Shown here: positions 27,475 to 39,964 of the stretch, one piece after another | How positions within the stretch are numbered: position 1 is the first letter of the stretch | Layout: every line of letters starts with the position of its first letter | NCBI GenBank assembly: GCA_013265495.1 | Contig: MU058213.1 | Location: 3,410,001-3,474,000 of the forward strand | DNA from: Vicugna vicugna | Lineage: Eukaryota | Length of the DNA stretch: 64,000 bases | Reading direction: 5' to 3' | Program-made: the position numbers and the translations under genes | Notes under the pieces: model-generated | What the model saw: the letters and a program-made list of their open reading frames with translations, nothing else | What the model was told of the DNA's origin: nothing | The model's database searches: none

Positions 27475-27616
27475 GAAATTTGATCTTTTTAAAATTTTGT
27501 CGGTGGGGAGATAATTAGGTTTATTATTATTTTTTTTTAATGGAAGTACTGGGGAATTGAACCCAGGACCTTGTCTATGGTAGGCATGCACTCTACCACT
27601 AAGCTACACCCTCCCC
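27475..27616 (-). mobile_element. tRNA-derived SINE (Vic-1-like) with 15-bp TSD
   Basis: TSD acccaggccaagtta at 27460-27474 and 27617-27631; tRNA-like head plus the aaacctaattatctcccc tail (minus strand). Confidence 0.9.
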
Positions 27617-30237
27617 ACCCAGGCCAAGTTAAAAGAGGCAGGCAGAGTGCACGCCTCCCTTCTCAGGGAGTGGAGGGACATACTAGTGATTTGTATCACT
27701 GACTTCCAACCAGCATGGACCCTCCTCCTTCCAAAGCAGAAAATCTTCATCTCAGCTCACAAGTGGGAAAACGCCCTGGTGCACACCTCACGATTTTGTT
27801 GTTGTTGTTATTTTCTGTGTACTCTGGGTCCCTCCAAGGCCTGAACTTCTAAGTGTCAGAAGTTTTTCCTCCACTTATTAAGGCACAGAATATCCTCTGG
27901 ACCCCTGCCCGATTAAGGGAAGAGTGGAGGGGTAATGGGAAATAGTGGGGTGTAGGAATCGATAAGTATTTCAACTACAAAGGCATCTGGCCGCGTGGGG
28001 CTCATGGTAGAGAAAAGAGAAGTGGAAAGGCAGACCTGGGAATCAGAAACAGAGTTGTGATAACCGAAACTGAGTGACAGTCTATTTTCTGCATGTGTGT
28101 CTAAGGGGAAAAAGAAATCAATCAAGTCATTCTGTGAATTAAACACTGTGCTAATTACCCCCAGGGATAGACAGGAAGCTTGCAATTTACGTATAAGAAC
28201 TTTTCACATCGTGGCCCCAGGCTCCCTCAGGAACCTCTTTTCTCACCACTGCCTCCTCCCTTGACCACAGCGTCTTTGCCAGGCTGTTCCCTGACGCTGG
28301 AATGGCTGTGAGGCTCTCTCCCTTCTCGTCCCCAGCCAGCAGACTGATCCTTTAAGGAGATCAAATATTTTCTCTTGAAAGCTTTTCTGCTTCCTGCAGC
28401 ACTGCTCTCCTGTAGCCCTGTCTCCTGGCCCGCAATGTACCAGCAACCGCTGACCTGTGAAATCGCCGAGGGCAGGGGCTGACTCTCTCCTCAGCACCCA
28501 GCAAAGGACTTGGCACAGGGTAGGGACTCAGAAAACGTGTATTGGCTGAATGGGGGAATTACTGATACAGTCAAAACAATAATGATGCGACAAAACAATA
28601 ATGATGTCTGAGCAGTCAACAATAACCATAGTAATAGCAAACGTTTGCTGGATGTTCCAGATACTGTTCCCAGCACATGACTTTCACAGTCTTATTTAAT
28701 CCGAGCCACAACCCTGTGGCATAAGCATGATCTTTATTTCCATTTACAGGTGAAGATGCCGAGAACCAGAGAGGTCAAGTTACCTGCTTGGGATTACTTG
28801 GCCGACCCTAAGAACAGTTGCTAGCCTCAGGAGGCTTCTTAATTCCTCTGGACGCCAGTCACCTCAGACTTGAAGTGAGGGCAGTGGACGCTGTGATCTA
28901 CAAGATCACCTACAGTTTGGAAAATCTGTGACTAAAATGCAATGCCTGTAAACGGGGGAGCAGCAAGTACACCTTTTTTTTAAAGGCTGTATGACTTGGT
29001 GTTGACTTGTACAAGGGAGGTGCTGCTAAGGATGCACCCCCTCCGATGGTCTTGGCCCCCCATCTTCCTGGACACAGGCCAGCCACGGTGGCTCAGAGAA
29101 GAGGTGGGGCCCTTCTGAGGCGGCAAAGCACAGCAGATCGCCAGGGCTAAGCAGGCTGTTGGGTGAAGAAACAGATCAGGGAGGTACCGACTCCGTCTCT
29201 GTCTCCTTTTGTCCTCTTACTGTGCACACATCCAGAGACAGTGAGTCCCAGCCATTTGACCTGCCACTCAGCTTGTGTTTCTCTCTCCTCCTTCCACTAC
29301 CTCCATCTAGCTTGGGTCTTAAGAACTTTTTTGGTTTGCTGCTGTGACCTCCCCAACCTCTTTCTAGTTCTCCTTACATCAAACTGTCAAATTTATTATA
29401 TTCATCACAGTCTGGTCCCGCAAATCCAAACACCGCCCACTTCCCCATCTCTTTCATCCCCTTCTCATTCTTCATCCTTCATGTTCTGGTCCCAAACTCT
29501 CCTCATTCTCATTTCCTACTGTGTTTGAAAACCATCCCGCCCCACCCCCATCTGTGTCCGTGGAAAACCTCTTAGACTCAGTGCAAACGTCATGGCTTTT
29601 CTAAGGCTTTCCCAAATATTCACAAACTTAATTCCCCATAGTACCTCCTGGTGCCTCTGCTTTAGCAGATCATGACCAAACTTGCATTTAACACTATTTT
29701 TGTATATCTGTTTCCGACTGGCTGTGAGCCCCAGGAAAGGAGGGGTCCCACGTTTTCACAATTCTCGCAGAGGCCAGTACCAGCCTTTCACTGCGGGCTC
29801 TGGGTCGCTATTGAACATGTGAAAGAGGGTAGAAATGTCCAGGCTGTGTTGATCGAGGTTGAACAACGTGAGCCAACACTGTCCATGTTAGACTAAGAAC
29901 AGGAATGTACAGGGTCTATTTTGCTGAAGCCAGGTGTCAGTGCTGGGCAAAGAAACTGATAGCAGCTCCTGTGGAGTTTTCTGCTCCTGGGCTTCCACGC
30001 CGGTGGTGGTTATCTGTATCCTCCTGTCTGTCTCTAATTTGCGTGGGCAGGTGTTTGCCCTGTGACTTCAGTTCTCTGATGGATTTAAGAAACGTTATTG
30101 ATTTTTGGTTTGTTTAGCATTTTTCATTTTGTGTGGATGGGAGTGATGACTTCTAAGTTTCGCACACACGGGAGAGGAAACCGGAAGTCTCTTTAGGGTC
30201 TATTTCGGAATACAAAAGGATAAGATGAAAGAGAGGC

Positions 30238-30470
30238 GAGTTCAAGATTTGCACATACGAACTATTATCTATAAAGCAGATAAGCAGCAAGTTTCTACTG
30301 TATAGCACAGGGAACTCTATTCAATATCTTGTAGTAACTTATAATGAAAAGGAGTATGAAAAGGAATATATGTATGTATCTGTGTGACTGAAACATGATG
30401 CTGTACACCAGAAATTGACACAGCATTGCAAAGTGACTATACTTCATTAAAATAAGTACATAAAATACAA
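30238..30470 (+). mobile_element. Young L1 3' end
   Basis: ctgtatagcacagggaact...tgctgtacaccagaaattgacac..cattg..aagtgactatacttca followed by an A-rich tail. Confidence 0.85.
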
Positions 30471-30664
30471 CAGTATATTCAAACAGAGAGAGAGAAAAGA
30501 AAGCGAGGAGAGGTCCCGGGACACCGCTGGGTGCTTGTACAGTGGAAGTTCACGGCTCAGGAGTCCTGCTGTTGACACAACTCTGCATCGACACGGCCCC
30601 GGCTCCGCAGTGTCTCCCTCCCATAACTCACATTCTAGGGAGGGGCCGCGGCGGGGTTAGCTCC

Positions 30665-31158
30665 TGTCGGCTGAAATAAATGCACAGCCTAAAAGTTAAA
30701 AGAGTTATGTTTTATTTGGCGGGAGGACTCTAGCCGGGATGACAGCCTCTCAGATGCTCTGAGGGACTGCTCTGAAGAGGTAGGGGAGGAGCTGGGATAT
30801 ATAGGAGCTTTACAACAAAGACCAGGTAGTTGGAACAACAAAAGATTACTTGTTATCTAAAGAAAACCAGGCATCTCAAGTTCAAGGATTTAGTGCTTTT
30901 CTATGTATGGGAGGAAGCAAACATTCGGGCTCACTGAGTTCATTCCTTTGACAAGCACCTGGCTATCTAGGGCCAGTATCCTGTCCTTTCTTATTCTGAG
31001 TCTGCTCAGAGGGCACCATTTGAGTGGCTGCAGAGGCTGGGCTGCAGGCCTGTCCCCACTTGGGGGTGGTGGCAGCCACTGAGGACTTGGTTTCAGCATT
31101 CTTTATTTACTGATGTAGTTTCAGTATTTTCACTCACATTGCAGTATTTTCGTTCACA
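30665..31158 (-). mobile_element. Solo endogenous retrovirus LTR (ERV1-like), 494 bp
   Basis: Begins TG, ends CA, 4-bp TSD CTCC (30661-30664 and 31159-31162). On the minus strand a TATA-like TATATA (~30803-30798) is followed by AATAAA (30716-30711). Confidence 0.85.
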
Positions 31159-31993
31159 CTCCCCTGGATTAATCATCTACAGCCAAGGCCCCTGTGTGGG
31201 GTCACATAGGGTGGATGTGGCCTCTGGGGCCCAGCCCTGTTGTCTGCTCCTCAGAGAAGGAGGAGTCTTTCTGAGCTGAGAAGACTCACAAGCATCACCT
31301 ACCTCACAGTCAGAGGTCCCTGCTCGAAATGTTTGGCAGAAAGGGGAAAGAATAAGTTAACCTCTACAGGAGGCAGATGCTGAGAAAGAGAAGAGCTGTT
31401 ACTGACCAATCCCCAAAAGATGGCGAATGAGAACAAGTCTGTGCTTTAAAAAAACTAAAAACTTAGTAACTTCGTCTACAGTATTTTGTGGGCTGGAGAG
31501 GTGGAGGCTGGAGGAGGCGAAAGTATACACAGCAAAGAAGTTGATCTTAAACCCACTGCTGATGTGGATCATGTATTTGCTGTCAATTCCAGGGAATGTT
31601 CTCTTCTCATGTTGGTGGAAATGCGAGGGTGTGATTAAAGTTAAGTCAGTAGGATGGGAAGCTGGGAGGAAAGGGGGTCAAGTAAGAAGGGTTAGGGTGG
31701 AGGGGCACATCCTTGGGGGCTGGGACAGGGCTCCAGCTGTCACAGCAGCTTCTGAAAGCAGATCCACTGCTAGCAGGATTTCGTGGAGCAAAGAAGGGAT
31801 CAGGGCAACTGCTTGGGTGATGGTGGTGATGTGTTCAAGGCAGAAGGAGGGCTTCTCTCTCCCTCCGAGACCACAGGGAAGACAGAGCTTAGCTGCACAG
31901 ACAGGCAATATGGAGCCCAGAAGGGTGGGGCAGGACTGATCCCACACCACAAGCCTGACACTCAATTACTTCTTTCAGGTTGAGTATTATTCC

Positions 31994-32460
31994 TGTTTTA
32001 GCTTCCCAGGGCTGCTGTAGCAAAGTATCACAAACTAGGTGGCTTAAACCACAGGAATTCATCACCTCACACTTCTGGAGGCTGGAAGTCTGAGATCAAG
32101 GTGTGGTGTCAGCAGGGTTAATGCCGTCTAACGGCTCTGAGGGGGAGTCTGCTCCATGACTCTCCCTCAGCTCCTGATGGCTTGCTGACAGTCTGTGGTG
32201 TTCCTGGCTTGTAGATTTATCACTCCAGTCTCTGCCTTCATCTTCACGTGGTGTTTATCCTGTTCCTTTACATGGTTATCGCCTTACAAGGACACTAATA
32301 TTGGATTAGAGGTCCATCTCACTCTATTGTGACAGCTTCTTAATTAATTATACCTGCAACTACCCTATTTCCACATAAGGTCATATCCTGAGTTATTTAT
32401 TGGGTTACATTCTGAGTCACATATTTGTTTTGGGCGGGGTGGACACAATTCAACCAACAA
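31994..32460. mobile_element. MLT1-type MaLR LTR
   Basis: agggctgctgtagcaaagtatcacaaactaggtggcttaaa...ttctggaggctggaagtctgagatcaaggtgt...gacacaattcaacc. Confidence 0.85.
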
Positions 32461-34303
32461 GCTTCCTTCTTATAAAACAGCAGGCTGGGGCTCAGAGAAG
32501 CTAAATGCATTGCTATGGTCATCCAACTTATGAGAGTCAGAGTTAGAATTTAAACCCATGTCTCACTCTAAAACTGATACGCTCTCGTCTTCTCTGTAGA
32601 TGGAGGGTTGCTGAAGAGAAAACGGAAAGTTCAAGAGAGAGAAGCTTAGCAGTCGTCGATGTGGGCACTGAGCTGGCGAAGCAGCGGCAGGGCTACTGGC
32701 AAGGGGCCAGGGCTCAGTCAAGCTGGAGGACATAAAATTTTCATGGCAGGTCTGCACAATTAAATGTCAGTCGATCTATTTTAACAACTCACAATCTTTA
32801 TGCACCTTAGGATGGGAATGGCAGTTTTGAGAGTTGAGAAGTCCTGCTCCAGCCTTTGGGGGAAAGCTGATGAGTGCTATTTTTAGAGCAGAAGATCAAA
32901 AAAGGAAGATGATGGCAACAGCAATGACTAATATCTCCACAGTGCTTCACAGTTTACACGGGACGTTCACCCTGTGCGGTTCACCTGTGGCTGTCCTTAA
33001 TTTACCGACGAGGAAGGTAAGGCACAGAGAAGGAATCGCGTGGCTTACCCAGGACCTCCCCGCTGGTGTGGGAGGGTGGCCAGGGTTTTGTCCTGTCCTC
33101 TGTCCACAGAACCCCCTCAGAGGCCTTCTTTAGAAGTGATAGCTGAAGCAGTGAGAAGTAGGGGACATCACTAAGAGAGAGCACAGTGTGGAGAAAAAAG
33201 GGGAGCGGGAGAAAGCCTGGTCCGCCAAGACCATGTTTTGACATCATGGAAGAGACAAAGGCATCAGTGGATTCACACCGGACAGAATCACAGAATCAAG
33301 GGAGAAAGAGATGGTGATAAACAGCGTCCAATGCTGGGGGGAAGATCAAGAGAATGAAGACAGAGAAAATGCCATCGGATTTGGAAGTGATTCACTCACT
33401 GGTGACCTCTCCAAGGAGAGCAGTGGGAGGAAGCTGGAGTGTGGGGGGTGGGGTCAAGGAAACGGGATGATGAGTGGCTCCATTTTTCATTCAGAAAGTT
33501 TGGCAGGGCAAGGGAAGAGAGCACAGGCTCTTAGCTGGAGGGCACAGCAGGACCCAGCGAAGGTTTTTCCAAGGGGGAGGAAAGGGGACCTGGGCATGTC
33601 TGGAATACATCTGATTTCAAGACTGGCCTCTGTTTCCAGATGTGCCACAGTCCACAATGAATACAATGACATCTCCATCTGTCAGCCGAGCTGTAGGGCT
33701 TCTGCTCCCACAAAGGCGTCCATGTTTGCTCACAGATGTTATTAATTTCATTGCATTGTAGTGGACAGTATATTGCCTCGCACTTATCTGAGGAGTCCCT
33801 ACGCAGGATCTGTATCTACCTTACCAGGCAGCAACAGTTATTGCAGAGTGACCAAGAGCTCGGTGATTAAATGAGGCAGATCTGGGTGTGAACGCTGGCT
33901 CAACCAGCCAGGCAGCCTAGGGCCAGTGAATGTCCCTTAACCTCAGTTTCTCATCTGGAAATCAGGTGTTCTGTCTCTCACAGAGTGTTGCCAATAGCAT
34001 TAAATGAGCTCATTTGTGCCCAGTGCTGAACACAATGACTGAAACATAAATGCTCAGTCCACGGCAACTGTTAGGAGTCTCGGGTGGAGCGGTGCAAGCA
34101 TTCAGTGCTACTCACTGGTTCTTTAAATCCAGGATGGGGTGGGGCGGGGGGGGGTGGGGCAGGATTTGTTTTTTACCTTTTGAGCCTCCACACGGTCAGT
34201 GTGGATCATTTTCCCAGGGTCTTTAGATCAGAGGATGAGGGTGCTGGGCTGGCTCCCCCTCCCCCACTCAGTCCTCCTCCACTATCGGGTTGACCTCTGT
34301 GCA

Positions 34304-34453
34304 TGTGTGTGTGTGTGTGTGTGTGTGTGAAAAGAGAGCTTGAGTTCTTTTCAGACTGATCTGGGATGACAGGAGGAGGGGGAGCAAAGAGGAGAGAAGG
34401 AAGGACACCAAATGAATCTCTTTGATCTAAAAAACTGCCCCCGAACACACACA

Positions 34454-34486
<33 letters not shown>
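34304..34486. repeat. (GT)n at 34304-34329 and (AC)n at 34445-34486
   Basis: Two dinucleotide microsatellites in opposite orientation. Confidence 0.95.
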
Positions 34487-34489
<3 letters not shown>

Positions 34490-37400
34490 TTTAGTTTCTC
34501 TCTGTCCAGTCTGTGTCCACAGGCCTTCCTTTCTGAGGCCTTGGAAACAAAGCTAAGAACATTCCTGAGAATTTCTACTTTTATACGCATTAAAGATGAT
34601 CAAATCCGACTGAAGCCTCACAGCTCCTCCTCAGCCTATAAAATCCTGAATGGATTAGGTACTAGGAAAAATAACGGAATTGTAAGAAATTTTTTGAAGT
34701 TTCAGAACAGCTCTCAGTTTGAGGGGAATAGACGGGTGGAGGGAGGAAGCCAGGGCAGAGGTGCTGAGTAGCTGCAGGCCAGACCTCCCCAGAAACCCAG
34801 ACGGACAGAAACAAATACCCATGCCCACTGCGATTTTCTTTCAAGTTTTCTCGGCTCTTCACAAATACCACTTCTCCTTTGATCAGAGTTTCTTCTGAAG
34901 ACCCAGGGGGAAGATAGAACAGGCATCCTGCTGCTCTCACCCCATTTTATCTCATCGAGACCCACTGCTGATTAGGAGAAGGCCACTTGGCCAGGGAGCC
35001 CGCACAGCTCCAGCCCTGGAATGCGCTTGCTCCCGTCCTCTCCGCTGTCACGGGAAGAGTGATTGCCTCTCGGGAGTGTGAAGATAAACAGATTTCTCTG
35101 TCTGCAGAGCTTGTTCCCAGCACCACCTACCCACCCCTGCTCTGGAAGGATCCTTCTGGCCATTCCCCTGCTTTAAAAACAACCCCCAACATGACAGCCC
35201 GGCACCCAGACTCTTTCTGCAGTTACATGCTTCTTGTCATCTCAGGATCCCTGGGGGGGCGGGGGGGGAGGTTAACGCAACTCGGACTTTTAGGAGGAGG
35301 CAGTGCCAAGACAAACTGAAAATCAGCAAGGCAACAGGAAAACGGGGAGGAGAGGGGTATTAACACGCAGTGGTTCTCTGATGTTACAGCTGTCCCCTGA
35401 GGACAGTTGCTGGACTTTCTTTCTGGGGACTGGCGTGTATCTTGTCAATAGCTCTCCAGGAGCTCCAGTTCTTGCCATCTTGCCGCAGGCTGTGGACCCA
35501 GGTCTCCACAGCGGCCTCCTCCACCAGAGAGGAACCTCTCTGAAGCCCCAGTGCATGTTGTTTATTTGCGGTTCTGTGATCAGTAGCAGTGGGTGGGAGT
35601 GGCGAGCAATTACTTCTGGAAAGGACGCAAGCCATCCTGCAACTATATACTTATAATCACCATGCAGTGAAAAACCTGACCTGTGCCTATTTCCACCAGT
35701 GAGTCATTGTGGGAGGCTGGAGTGGGTAGGGAACAGTTTAGCTTGGTCACCAGAAACCTTGGATGGGCTGGCTCTCAAAATTCTTCTTCCTTTTCAGGGA
35801 AAAAGCAAGAGGCTTTGTTGTCAGGACAATGACAGTTACCCCTTGGCATGATTTGCAAGCCTGGATTTAGCTTTTCGAAGTGCAGGCCCCACATAAATCG
35901 AAGAAATAAACACTGTCCCCTAATGGATTCACACTTGCAGATCTCACGTCTGGTGGTAGGAATGAAGCACAGCCCCCGGCCAGGTAGGAATGTTAAAGCG
36001 ATAACCTCTCAGAAGAGCCGATTGGGTCAATAATCCCCCCAGCAGCAGGTAACAAAAGGCTGCTTGATGAGCTGCAGACAGAGCTCCCCGCCAGAGGCCC
36101 CTAATGGTCACGAGTACATTCCCTGGTGTCTTCGTGCTTTTGTCCTAGAAAAACCTTTCCAGGCTCTGTGGGTTCCCTTCTGGCGCCAGCTCTCCAGGCA
36201 GGTGAGGGAGGGAGGGAGAGAAGGGCTCCCCTCCCCATGGCAGCCGGAAAGCATCTGCAGGGAGGAAGCGGGAGGAGCAGAGCTGAGTCCCAGCAGTGGG
36301 TGAATGGCTGTCCCGCAGTCCCCGGCCCAGCAGGACAGTGGGCTTGTGGGGGCTGGGGGGAGGCCTGGGACCCCTTGTCCCTGGGCTTCCAAGAAAAGAG
36401 CAGCAGGAGAGGAGAGAGTTGGAGGTGTGAAAGCTCAGCGCTGGCACCCGCACCTGTGTCTCCTCTCCCTCCCATCAGCTCCTCCACAGCCAGCACCGAC
36501 TTGTAGGCATCCTTGAATTCTCAGCTTGATTTCTCCTCCTTTCTGAGGCACCTACGTGAAGTAGCTTCTTCCCACTTCTCCTTTTCTTCTTTAATCTCCG
36601 CTCCTTTCTATGCTTAGTTCCACTTGTGATCTGTTTGTGTATTTGTCTCCGCTAGACCTGAGGGCCCCTGGAGTTGAGATGATGTCTATCTGGCTGGCCA
36701 GGTTGGTGTGTATTCAGCGTGAGTGAAGGGAGAAACTAACAGATCACACCCAGGACATCTCTCCCAAGTGTCCCTTCCATTGCTCCCAAATATTTTCCTG
36801 CTCTTCAACTAATACTCAAGGAAGGTCTTCTAGGTGTCTGGTGACCTAGCCGGGGACAAAGGGAATAAATGCTAACAAGTATAAAGCTCACCATGCGCTA
36901 GTCTCTCAAGGCACTTTTTATGTACTCGCCTAGAGCTCATGATTCTGTGAAACATGCATAATTATTATAATCCCCATTTTACAGCTAAGGAAACTGAGTT
37001 TATGTGGCTTCCCTGAGATCACACAGCTAGTAAGTGGCAGAGGTGGGGTTAGGACTCGAGGGGTCCATCTGCAGAGACCACACCCCGTTACACTGTCAAT
37101 CATTCTGTAGCAGCCAATGGGACTCCTCCGTAAAAGTGTGTCCGGAGGCTGAGGGGCTCCAGTGGATGCAATACCAGACCAGCAAGAAAACTCTAGGTAA
37201 GAATAAATGCATCCATCAGCTTGGAAAGGCTGGTTCCCACGTCTGCTCAGTAGGCTGTCATAGTCAGAATGGCAAGCAGCTTGAGCAGCCCCCTTCCGAA
37301 GTCCCCTCCCCTCAGACGTTAATATCGAAAGACAGGCAAAGTTGACGATAATTCACATTAAGATGTACAAGGCAAATGGCTTCATTTACCCTTCTAACTT

Positions 37401-38777
37401 CTAAAAAGGAACTTACTGACACACACACACATACACAAAGCCTCTGAAGGACTTGAGCAGGCTGTGGGATGAGAGACAGCTGCCCCAGGCTACAGAGATA
37501 GGCATCTGCAGACGCTGGCTGCAGCCACGGGAGAGCTGGAGGGCGGGGAGGGGCAGGGGGCTGTTCTCCCAGGGCCCTCAGACCACCGTGCAATTTGTCA
37601 CAAAGGTGACCCAATCCACAGAGCCCCCCTCCCAATGGGGCTCCCTAACAGGGTCTGACCATTTATACTCTGCAAAGTATTCACGTTTATTATTCTGGGG
37701 GACCCCCCAAAACAACCCTGTGATTGGGCAAATATATATATAAAGACAGGAGCATGTTTCCCTTTCAGAAAACTGTGCTAACAAACAGATGGCAGCAGAA
37801 GTGATGAGGTATCAGCCTTGGGGTGAGGATGGGAGTGGACCCTGCAGGCTGGGCAGCAGTGAGGTGGAAGCCTGGATGGGTAGGTGGGCCATTTTATGGA
37901 GGGTCCTAACAGTCAGGGAAGTTTAAATGCTCTGTTGAGTCTTTGAAAAACTTTGGAAGTTTTTGAACTAAGGGATGCCCATTTATTCATTCAATTGAAC
38001 AAAGCTGTAATCACAGGTACTGCCATGGTGAAGAAGCCAGTCCCTGCCCGGGGTTAGCTCTTAGACTGGTAGTGGAGACAGGTTATAAGCAAGTAACTGC
38101 AACCGGCCCCCAACAAGTGTGCTAGCAGAGGAAGGCCTGTTAGTGGCACAAGCACAGGATGGAGGGCCCCCTCTGGGGGAGGGGCTGGGCTGGACCCTGC
38201 AGGAAAGCTTCCTGGAGAAAGAGATATCTGAACCAGGTCTTAAGAGAGAAATCCCTAGACAGAGATTGAACTCTAAGCACAGAAGTAGCTGAAGGTGGAG
38301 GGCAGGGAAAGGGCATTCAGGGCAGAAGGAAAAGCATGAGCCAAGGTTGGAGATGTGGGAAATAGCCAAGTGCCATTAAGGGATGCCAGTCTGTTGAAGT
38401 TATGGCACAGGGTATTTTGGGGAGAGTAGAGAAGGAGGGATGATGGTGAGAAAGGAAAAGTTTAGAAAGGCTACTGGGTAAAGGGCCTTGCTATCCGCAT
38501 CACGGTTTGAAGCTTGTCCCAGACTTTCTCCCACAGCTTTCAGTGGACATGATGCCCCTCAGGCTGGCAGTGTGCCTAATGGGCTGAAGAGGTCCTGTGC
38601 GCTCATATGCTTAAGGAATCCTTGGGTTAGACATAGTTAGGGGTTTTTTCCATTTCCTGAATTTTCAGAGCCTAATATATTCTGAGAGGTTTTTTTTTCC
38701 CCCTGCATGAAACACAGTGTTTTATCATATAGGATAAAAGCCTTTGTAAGATTTGATAAATCTTTACCGATTAGTTT

Positions 38778-39226
38778 ATTAGTCAGGGCTCTCCCGAGAA
38801 ACTGAACCAATAGGATTCATGTATATTTTATATACAGAGAGATATAGATATCAATATCTGTTTATCTGTCTAGAGACTGACTGAGATTGAAGGAACTGGT
38901 TTACACCATTGGGGCTGCCAAGTCTGAAATTTGCAGAGCTGGCCAACAGGCTACAAGTCCTGGCAGGAGTTGATGGTGAAGTCTTGAGTCTGGAGGCAGA
39001 ATTCCTTCCTCTTCGAGGGACCTCGTTTTTTTTCCCTTAAGGCCTTCAACTGATTGGATGAGGCCCACCCATATCATGGAGGGTGATTTGCTTTACTCAG
39101 AGTCTGCTGATTTAAATCTTCATCTAAAAAAACATTCACAGCCACATCTATACTAGTGTTTGAGCAAGCAAGTATACTAGGCTTGAGCAAGCCTAGCCAA
39201 GTTGATAAATAAAATTAACTAGCATA
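38778..39226. mobile_element. MLT2-type (ERVL) LTR
   Basis: attagtcagggctctcccgagaaactgaaccaatagga...ggccttcaactgattggatgaggcccacc...cctagccaagttga.a.ataaaattaac. Confidence 0.85.
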
Positions 39227-39310
39227 AGAACCCCTGAGGTACTAAACACTGGGGGACACAGCAATAAACTAAAGAGACAAGGCAACTAACACCCATGGAG
39301 CTTACATTCT

Positions 39311-39484
39311 TTTTTTTTTAAATCTTTTTTTAAAAACAATTTTTTTGTTTGTTTTCTTTTTTGGGGGGAGGTAATTAGGTCTGTCTGTTTGCTTGTTTAT
39401 TTATTTATTGGAGGTTCTGGGGACTGAACCCAGGACCTCGTGCATGCTAAGTATGCACTCTACCACTGAGCTATACCCTCCCCC
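39311..39484 (-). mobile_element. tRNA-derived SINE (Vic-1-like)
   Basis: gggggaggtaattagg...ggaggttctggggactgaacccaggacctcgtgcatgctaagtatgcactctaccactgagctataccctcccc; imperfect TSD agctta(ca/tg)ttct. Confidence 0.9.
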
Positions 39485-39892
39485 AAGCTTATGTTCTTAT
39501 CCAAGTCTGAATGTCAATTTCCAGGATGAGTTAGGGACAGGAGAGGCAGCCAGGCGGGGGAGAAGAGGCGGTGGGGGTCTGGGAAGCCAGAGAAGAGACT
39601 TGTGATAGCATGAAGGCATGAGGTAACGATGTTAAGATTGAGGTGGGAGCAGCGTGCCTGCAGTGGAAGGGGTTAACTGGAGGGGGAATGAATAGTAATA
39701 TCTTGGGAAGGACACCAACTCTTCTTTTTATGGAGAAGAAAACTCAGGTCTTGAGAGGTGATATGACAAGTTAAAGATCTGGTGACATGGTGACATTCTT
39801 AACACAAAGCACTTCTTAACAGATTTGCATGGACGTCCTGGGGTACCCTGAATCACAGGTATGGACCAAATTTTAATCAGCATGAATTTCTT

Positions 39893-39912
39893 TATATATA
39901 TATATATAATTT

Positions 39913-39960
<48 letters not shown>
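39893..39960. repeat. Interrupted (AT)n microsatellite
   Basis: (TA)n blocks at 39893-39908 and 39916-39960; the aatttcttt motif precedes each block. Confidence 0.95.

Positions 39961-39964
<4 letters not shown>

Noticed and set aside
31427..31983. 170-aa and 95-aa ORFs
   Set aside because: Purine-rich sequence resembling degraded L2 LINE; no recognisable protein or convincing splice context.
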